Shown: one piece after another, positions 58,419 through 64,000 of the stretch
How positions within the stretch are numbered: position 1 is the first letter of the stretch
How the letters are laid out: every line of letters begins with the position of its first letter
NCBI GenBank assembly: GCA_037441845.1
Contig: JBBIRK010000001.1
Location: 128,001 to 192,000, forward strand
Direction: 5' to 3'
DNA: 64,000 nt
From: Candidatus Zixiibacteriota bacterium
GTDB lineage: Bacteria; Zixibacteria; MSB-5A5; UBA10806; 4484-95
The notes under the pieces: generated by a model
Database searches by the model: none
What the model saw: only the letters and a program-made list of their open reading frames with translations
Told to the model about the DNA's origin: nothing
Program-made: the position numbers and the translations under genes

Positions 58419-59123
58419 TCATTTGCTTTCGGTAATTTCAGAAAACCGGAATTCATTCCTCTCGATAGAGATGCGGAATTTGATATCGACTATTCCCAGC
58501 AATGCTCTGGCATGGCCATCGATTTTCACGCTTGTCGCCACCATGGGTTGGTCCGGCCGCTTATCAAATTGAATTTGCATAGCCATCTCTTTAAGCTTCT
58601 CCGGTCGGGGAATCGTAATATCGGCCTTCCTACACAAAAACGACGATTTATCGATATAATAGGTTCCGTTGATCTGACCTTTTTCCGGTTTAGCGCTCCG
58701 CGGCTTTATGGAAATTACGTAATTGCTGTCGGTTTCTTCCTGAAGGGTAAACTCGTAATTGGGATTTTCTGGGGAGAATTCGAGTCTCATGCCGACCGAT
58801 TCCTGCCGTTCGTTCTTTTTCGAGCGCTTATTCCGGCCCGCGTTTTCGGTCGAACTCGAATACAAAAGGATGCGGGAAATCTCTTTTTCCCCTTCCATCT
58901 CCACACGGCTGAGAACTGTATCGGAATTTTCCGGAGACCCGTCGTCGCCGAGTTTCTGAAAAATCGCCTTCTCGACATACTCATAGCGATTTTTCATCAG
59001 GCTTTCGTATTCGGCTTTATTGGCCGAATCGGCACGAGTCAAAATTTCGGGCAACGCAATTTCCGAAGTGAGAGCCGGATGCGCCTGGATAATAAGAAAT
59101 ACGAGGACGCAAACCGGGTTCAT
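58419..59123 (-). CDS. Hypothetical exported protein (beta-rich)
   Basis: 234-aa ORF with a signal-like N-terminus; overlaps the upstream stop by 4 nt. Confidence 0.55.
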   Translation of the reverse strand: MNPVCVLVFLIIQAHPALTSEIALPEILTRADSANKAEYESLMKNRYEYVEKAIFQKLGDDGSPENSDTVLSRVEMEGEKEISRILLYSSSTENAGRNKRSKKNERQESVGMRLEFSPENPNYEFTLQEETDSNYVISIKPRSAKPEKGQINGTYYIDKSSFLCRKADITIPRPEKLKEMAMQIQFDKRPDQPMVATSVKIDGHARALLGIVDIKFRISIERNEFRFSEITESK

Positions 59124-60088
59124 TTAATTTCTTTCTTGGTGAAACCGGCCGGCACTTCGAATTTGCCCTCGTCGATCGGTTTCGAATCGATCGATTTCAG
59201 ATCGGTGGTGACGGACAACAGGGTCGCTCTTCCCGAATCAGAACTCTTGTCCTTATTGGACTTGCCGCCGAGCTTGCCGAGTTTACCCAAAATTTGGGCA
59301 GGCGCGCCCTGCTCCGGATTTTCGAGATCCTCGTCCGTATCCGCCTGCTTTTCACCCTTGGCGCTTGAACTTTCGATCAGCACGGTCGAGCGAACGGGGA
59401 AACCGTCCTCTTCTTTCAATTTATTCATGAGCTCGTTGAATTGACCGCGATACGCGCCGACAAAAGCCTGGAGTCCTTTCTGCATCGCCGATTCATCGAG
59501 CCCGATCGCGTTCATGTAATTTTTCATAAAAATATTGTACTCTTCGATACCGGCGATCCCCTTGCTGTTCCAGTTTTTGATATTGATGATTATGGTATCG
59601 GAGGGCGCCTTTTTATTTACCCCGACCGCCTTTCCCTCGATCAGACGGCAATCGAAACCATTGATTTTTTCATTGCCGGCGCCGGTCTTGACCTCGACTT
59701 TCCACTGATAATCGGTCTCCTCGCCCAGCTGTGGATCGCTACCCTTACCCAGAGATTGTTCGAGCATCTGTTTGAACTTGGCGAAGGTCATTTCGCTGTA
59801 TTTTTTCTCATCCGGTTCGATATCCCAGATAAGCTGTCTGTCCAGCCTGGTTATAGTGCTATGGCGCATGGATTTCCCGCCCGTAGTCATTTTCATCAGC
59901 CCGCTGGTGAAAGCGGTTTCCGTCTCGTCGCAGCTGCGATCGCCTTTAATGTATTGAGTCTCGGTTGATTTGGTCGAACCGATCCCCATCAAATTATCGA
60001 TCGTGGTTTCTCGTTTCAAAGTAACGTCGGCGTTAGTCGCCAGTGGCAAAGCAATGATAAGACAAGCGCAAAAAATCAAACTTCTCAT
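59120..60088 (-). CDS. Exported protein, DUF4412-like
   Basis: Signal peptide and AAGGAGG SD; EKINGFDC motif and C-terminal FEVPAGF. Confidence 0.6.
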   Translation of the reverse strand: MRSLIFCACLIIALPLATNADVTLKRETTIDNLMGIGSTKSTETQYIKGDRSCDETETAFTSGLMKMTTGGKSMRHSTITRLDRQLIWDIEPDEKKYSEMTFAKFKQMLEQSLGKGSDPQLGEETDYQWKVEVKTGAGNEKINGFDCRLIEGKAVGVNKKAPSDTIIINIKNWNSKGIAGIEEYNIFMKNYMNAIGLDESAMQKGLQAFVGAYRGQFNELMNKLKEEDGFPVRSTVLIESSSAKGEKQADTDEDLENPEQGAPAQILGKLGKLGGKSNKDKSSDSGRATLLSVTTDLKSIDSKPIDEGKFEVPAGFTKKEIK

Positions 60089-60154
60089 AACTCCTCCTTT
60101 TCCACCAAATCATACAAAATCGAACATGGCCTTTCAAGAAGATAATTCTCGGTA

Positions 60155-60901
60155 TCAACGCCAGATTTTGAACTCGCGCCAATGTCCGGTTCCCCCCTGC
60201 CCTCGGCAAGAAGTGCTTTTTCCATTCGCTATCGGATGGAGCGTGATCAAGCCGAAACCGGTTTGCAGCGATTCTATTGCGATCGGAACATCTTTTGCGG
60301 TATAAACCAGAGCTCCGTCAACGAAGTATCTTGTCGAATTTTGCTTTCGGCTATATACTATCGTGCACTCGATCTCATCATCCGGCCGAATCGGTCGGTC
60401 TATCGGGATCACCTCGGTGAAAGCCTGTTCCTGAGTAGTCATTCCCGGAACAAGCAATCGTTCATAAATCACCCACAAGCGATGTCCATTGCTGATAATA
60501 TCGAACACCATCGCCGAATTGAAATCGAGAACGTTAAATGCAGCAAAACCATCGCGATAGTCATTCTTATCGCCCCCTCTTATTTCCGCCTTCATCCTGC
60601 ACGAGAAACCGATGAGGCCTTGTCTATTGGGCGAATAAGAAGCTTTCGTGAGGATAAGGTATTTGGGATTGTCGAAAATCTGGACCTGATCGTGCGATAA
60701 CGAGAATCGAGGAATTTCAATCGTAAATCCACCACTTGTTGCATTGAGAACGGCGTTCCCGTCCTCATATCTCCAAAAACGACCATCGCCCAGAGGCATA
60801 GCGGCGACCTGCCAGATAATCGAATCGAGGGCTTTTCCATCAATTAATTGAAGCTGTTCGGGATTCATTCCCGTTAAGACCGTTTGCTGATGGTTCTCCA
60901 T
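60155..60901 (-). CDS. Hypothetical protein, DUF6081-like
   Basis: WRYED, DNPKYL, FNVLDF..MVFD and YERL motifs; SD present. Confidence 0.55.
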   Translation of the reverse strand: MENHQQTVLTGMNPEQLQLIDGKALDSIIWQVAAMPLGDGRFWRYEDGNAVLNATSGGFTIEIPRFSLSHDQVQIFDNPKYLILTKASYSPNRQGLIGFSCRMKAEIRGGDKNDYRDGFAAFNVLDFNSAMVFDIISNGHRLWVIYERLLVPGMTTQEQAFTEVIPIDRPIRPDDEIECTIVYSRKQNSTRYFVDGALVYTAKDVPIAIESLQTGFGLITLHPIANGKSTSCRGQGGTGHWREFKIWR

Positions 60902-61057
60902 CGGTTTTCCCTTTCATATTAAATTGGTCGATATCAAAATGTAAAACCACGAACTGCTGAAAAAGGTTCGTCCCTTCGGCGATAAAGAAATCATTTGACC
61001 GCCCGCTTCCACGTTCGTTAATTGGCAACAATAGAAAATTTAAGGGACGAAATCGAA

Positions 61058-62473
61058 ATGGATTATAACAAACTTAACCAATCCCATATAAATCAACTGA
61101 AATCGATAGTCGGAGACAAGAACGTCGTTATCGAACGGTTCGAACTCGAAAATTACGCCCACGATGAGACAGAAGACTTGATATTCTATCCCGATGCGGC
61201 GGTGAAACCATCCGACGTTGAGCAAATTTCGCAGGTTCTGCGGTTTTGCCACGACAACAACATTCCGGTTACGCCGCGAGGCGCGGGAACCGGTCTTTCG
61301 GGAGGGGCATTGCCGGTATACGGTGGAGTCTTGCTTTCGCTTGAACGATTGAATAAAATCAAAGAAATCGATATCGACAATATGATGGTTACAGTAGAAT
61401 CGGGCGTGATCACCAAGACGCTGCAGGACGAACTGGAAAAGATCGATCTGTTCTATCCTGTGGATCCGGCATCGCGCGACTCCTCTTTCATCGGCGGTAA
61501 CGTAGCCGAAAACTCCGGCGGGCCGCGCGCGGTCAAATACGGCGTCACCAAGGATTACGTTTACGGTCTCAAGGGCGTCCTGGCGGACGGCCGGATCTTC
61601 TCCAGCGGCGGCAAATTGCTGAAAAATGTAACCGGATTCAACCTTACCGGACTGCTTGTCGGTTCGGAGGGCACGCTGGCGGTGATCACCGAGATCACGC
61701 TGAAAATAATCCCGAAACCCGCTTTCAAGCAGACGATGCTGGCGCCTTTCGATTCTCTCGATTCGGCCGCCTCGAGCTTGACCAAGATATTTACCAACAA
61801 GATCATCCCTTCCGCGGCGGAATTCATGGAGAAGGCGGCGATCAAAGCGGCTGAGGCGAAATTCGAGAAAAAGTTCCCTTACTCCGATTCGGAGGCGCTG
61901 CTATTGATCGAAATCGACGGCAACAATCAAAATATTCTGACCGAACAGGCGGAAAAGATCGGTGAAATATGCATTCAAGGGGGCGCCGCCGATGTCTATA
62001 TCGCGGAAAATCCGGAAAAGCAGGCATTTCTGTGGGACATGCGCCGCAAAATCGGCGAGGCGGTCAAGTCGATCGCGCCATATAAGGAGGAAGACACGGT
62101 AGTTCCCCGAGCCAGGTTGCCTCAATTGATCAGCAGAATAAAAGAGATCAGCCGAAAATACGGCCTGACCACGATCAGTTACGGTCATGCCGGCGACGGC
62201 AACATTCATTGCAACATAATCAAGAAGGATATAAGCGAGGATCGTTGGAATAATGAGGTTCCTCGGGCGGTGGCTGAGCTTTTTACGGAGGTGGTCAAGT
62301 TGGGAGGATCGATTTCCGGCGAACATGGAATAGGGTGGGTGCAAAAGCGGTATTTGCCCCTGGCTCTTTCCGAAGTTGAGATCGAATTGATGCGGGGCAT
62401 CAAATCGGTTTTCGATCCCAAGGGGATTCTGAATCCGGGAAAGCTGTTTCCGGATCCTGAAGCCCGGAGATAA
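61058..62473 (+). CDS. FAD-linked oxidase / D-2-hydroxyacid dehydrogenase (GlcD-like)
   Basis: PRGAGTGLSGGA, DPAS, IGGNVAENSGG..VKYG, GSEGTL, GHAGDGNIH, ISGEHGIG and FDPKGILNPGK motifs. Confidence 0.9.
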   Translation: MDYNKLNQSHINQLKSIVGDKNVVIERFELENYAHDETEDLIFYPDAAVKPSDVEQISQVLRFCHDNNIPVTPRGAGTGLSGGALPVYGGVLLSLERLNKIKEIDIDNMMVTVESGVITKTLQDELEKIDLFYPVDPASRDSSFIGGNVAENSGGPRAVKYGVTKDYVYGLKGVLADGRIFSSGGKLLKNVTGFNLTGLLVGSEGTLAVITEITLKIIPKPAFKQTMLAPFDSLDSAASSLTKIFTNKIIPSAAEFMEKAAIKAAEAKFEKKFPYSDSEALLLIEIDGNNQNILTEQAEKIGEICIQGGAADVYIAENPEKQAFLWDMRRKIGEAVKSIAPYKEEDTVVPRARLPQLISRIKEISRKYGLTTISYGHAGDGNIHCNIIKKDISEDRWNNEVPRAVAELFTEVVKLGGSISGEHGIGWVQKRYLPLALSEVEIELMRGIKSVFDPKGILNPGKLFPDPEARR

Positions 62474-62522
62474 TGTCGGCCGGACCTATTCGTTAATCAG
62501 GCTTGTCTTGCGCATATCGCTT

Positions 62523-64000
62523 ATGTCGATACAAGACGACAAAAAGAATTCCCCCGAACAGAAAACAGCGATCGAATATACCGACGGCCCGCAGATAATA
62601 CTGGCCGGGCCCGGTTCCGGCAAAACGAGAGTGATCGTCGAAAAGACCGCCTATCTGATCGAGCGAAAAGGTTATTCCCCCGAGGAATTGCTCGTCTTGA
62701 CCTACTCGAATAATACCGCCGACGAACTGAATCAGAGAATCCGCGCCCGCCAAAAAGAACGTCCGCTTTCGGAGGCGATGACTTTTCATGCTTTCGGTCA
62801 GAAAATAATTCAGCGCTATTTCGGCGAATTCGGATTCCCTGAACCACCCGAGGTGGCCGGCGATTATCAACAGTATCGATTGATGAGGCAAGCCTATTTC
62901 AAGGCCGCCCCGATCCCGCCCGGTTTGACCAATCCCGATAACGTCATTTACGACCTCGTTAGTTTCGTTTCGAGGGCGCAGGACGAGTTGGCTGAACCCG
63001 GCGATATCAGCAGGTTCGTGGAAAAAAAGCGGGTCGAAATCGAATCGATCGACGACGACGACCTACGGGCGGATATGTTACGGCAACTTGACGATTGGCG
63101 ATTCGCCGGAACGTTTTACGAAATATATCAGGCGCTCAAGAAAGAAAACAACCTGATCGACTACGGCGACATGCTTGCCGGAACATATCGTTTACTCAAA
63201 TCTTTTCCCGATATCCTGGCCATCATGCGCAATAGATACAAATATATCCTCGTCGATGAATTTCAGGACGCCAATTCGGGGCAGGTCGAGGTCGTGGCAT
63301 TGCTCGGGGAAAAATCCGGCAAGGTGTGCGTGGTGGGCGATGACGATCAATCGATTTATCGATTCCGCGGGGCCAGCTACGGCAGTTTCGTGAATTTCAA
63401 AAACAAGTTCCCGAGAGCGGTCACCCACCGGTTAAGCATAAATTTCCGAAGCACGCCACATATCGTCGAGACGTCGCAAGCGCTGATTTCTTATAAAACG
63501 CAGGAAAGGTTCGACCGATCGAAAAAAATCGTTTCGAACAAAAAACGAGGTCACCGAGTAGGGATAATGATTTCCGCCGGCCAACCGGCTGAGGCGCAGG
63601 CGGTAAAGGAACTGATTCTTTCGCTTCTGGCAGAAAAAGAGGCGGACGGACCTGACGAAATCGCGGTGATATCGCGCACCCATGAGCATCGTCGGCTAAT
63701 ACGCCGCGCTTTAGCCGAGGCAGGTATCCCCTTTTCGGATCAGCGCCCCTTGCCGGTTTTCGCTGTGCCAGAGGCTTATCTGGTCGTGTCCCTGGTGAGA
63801 GCCGCTCTTAAAGATACTCGGCCTGACCTGATTTTCCCGATATTGACCAGATATTGCCCGAATTTGAGTCCTATTGACTATGCGGAAATAGGCAAGGTTC
63901 TCCAGGAGCATCCACCGTTCGATGCGTTGAGGATAATCGCTGAATCGGAAATTCTTTCGGAAACCGATCGCGCCGCGCTCAAAATGATCTATTCGGCTGT
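62523..64000 (+). CDS. UvrD/PcrA/Rep superfamily 1 helicase, 5' part (runs off the window)
   Basis: Not in the ORF track. From ATG 62523: EQKTAI, LAGPGSGKT, TFHAF, VDEFQD, VGDDDQSIYRFRGA and NFRS motifs in one frame. Confidence 0.9.
   Translation, partial: MSIQDDKKNSPEQKTAIEYTDGPQIILAGPGSGKTRVIVEKTAYLIERKGYSPEELLVLTYSNNTADELNQRIRARQKERPLSEAMTFHAFGQKIIQRYFGEFGFPEPPEVAGDYQQYRLMRQAYFKAAPIPPGLTNPDNVIYDLVSFVSRAQDELAEPGDISRFVEKKRVEIESIDDDDLRADMLRQLDDWRFAGTFYEIYQALKKENNLIDYGDMLAGTYRLLKSFPDILAIMRNRYKYILVDEFQDANSGQVEVVALLGEKSGKVCVVGDDDQSIYRFRGASYGSFVNFKNKFPRAVTHRLSINFRSTPHIVETSQALISYKTQERFDRSKKIVSNKKRGHRVGIMISAGQPAEAQAVKELILSLLAEKEADGPDEIAVISRTHEHRRLIRRALAEAGIPFSDQRPLPVFAVPEAYLVVSLVRAALKDTRPDLIFPILTRYCPNLSPIDYAEIGKVLQEHPPFDALRIIAESEILSETDRAALKMIYSA

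Noticed and set aside
58350..59444. 364-aa plus-strand ORF
   Set aside because: Antisense to two coupled minus-strand genes that have signal peptides, the first with a strong SD; no recognisable motifs.
1..64000. Genome-wide UGA reassignment as the explanation for in-frame TGAs
   Set aside because: TGA is an ordinary stop for many intact genes here (waaA, the GldA-like gene, dnaX, nfo and several ATGA overlaps), so only site-specific recoding or decay fits.
1..64000. CRISPR arrays, IS elements, prophage genes, rRNA
   Set aside because: No regularly spaced direct repeats or matching protein or RNA motifs were seen on either strand by eye.

Overview
Bacterial chromosomal window from a diderm, LPS-producing organism. 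The style of its secreted proteins (C25 peptidase with FlgD/T9SS-like C-terminus, C-terminal dockerin-like repeat, PorV-like barrel, GldAFG-like ABC system) suggests an FCB-group lineage such as Zixibacteria; this is an inference. Contents in order: lipid A cluster (lpxA, gnnA-like, lpxB, waaA, partial lpxK); Gld-like ABC operon; Wzi-like and GT39-like genes; a Met/Cys gamma-lyase; a decayed membrane glycosyltransferase; tRNA-Ala, a long Alu-domain SRP RNA, dnaX, ybaB and recR; an archaeal-type gatE; nfo, TPR and BatA/VWA genes; an exopolysaccharide locus; cobB and MFS genes; a TagF-like/NTP-transferase pair; a probable secreted UxxC selenoprotein that the ORF track truncates; a five-gene multiheme locus (CbcL-like, MtrA/DmsE-like, porin, lipoprotein cytochrome, ImcH-like; about 35 heme motifs); a C25 peptidase operon; an FAD-linked oxidase; and a partial UvrD-family helicase. 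The strongest leads are the Sec-recoded Omp28/thioredoxin-like protein with a SECIS-like hairpin, the self-contained extracellular electron transfer locus with two different inner-membrane quinol oxidoreductases, and GatE in a bacterium. No CRISPR array, rRNA or mobile element was seen. All family calls come from motif recognition by eye, not from database searches.
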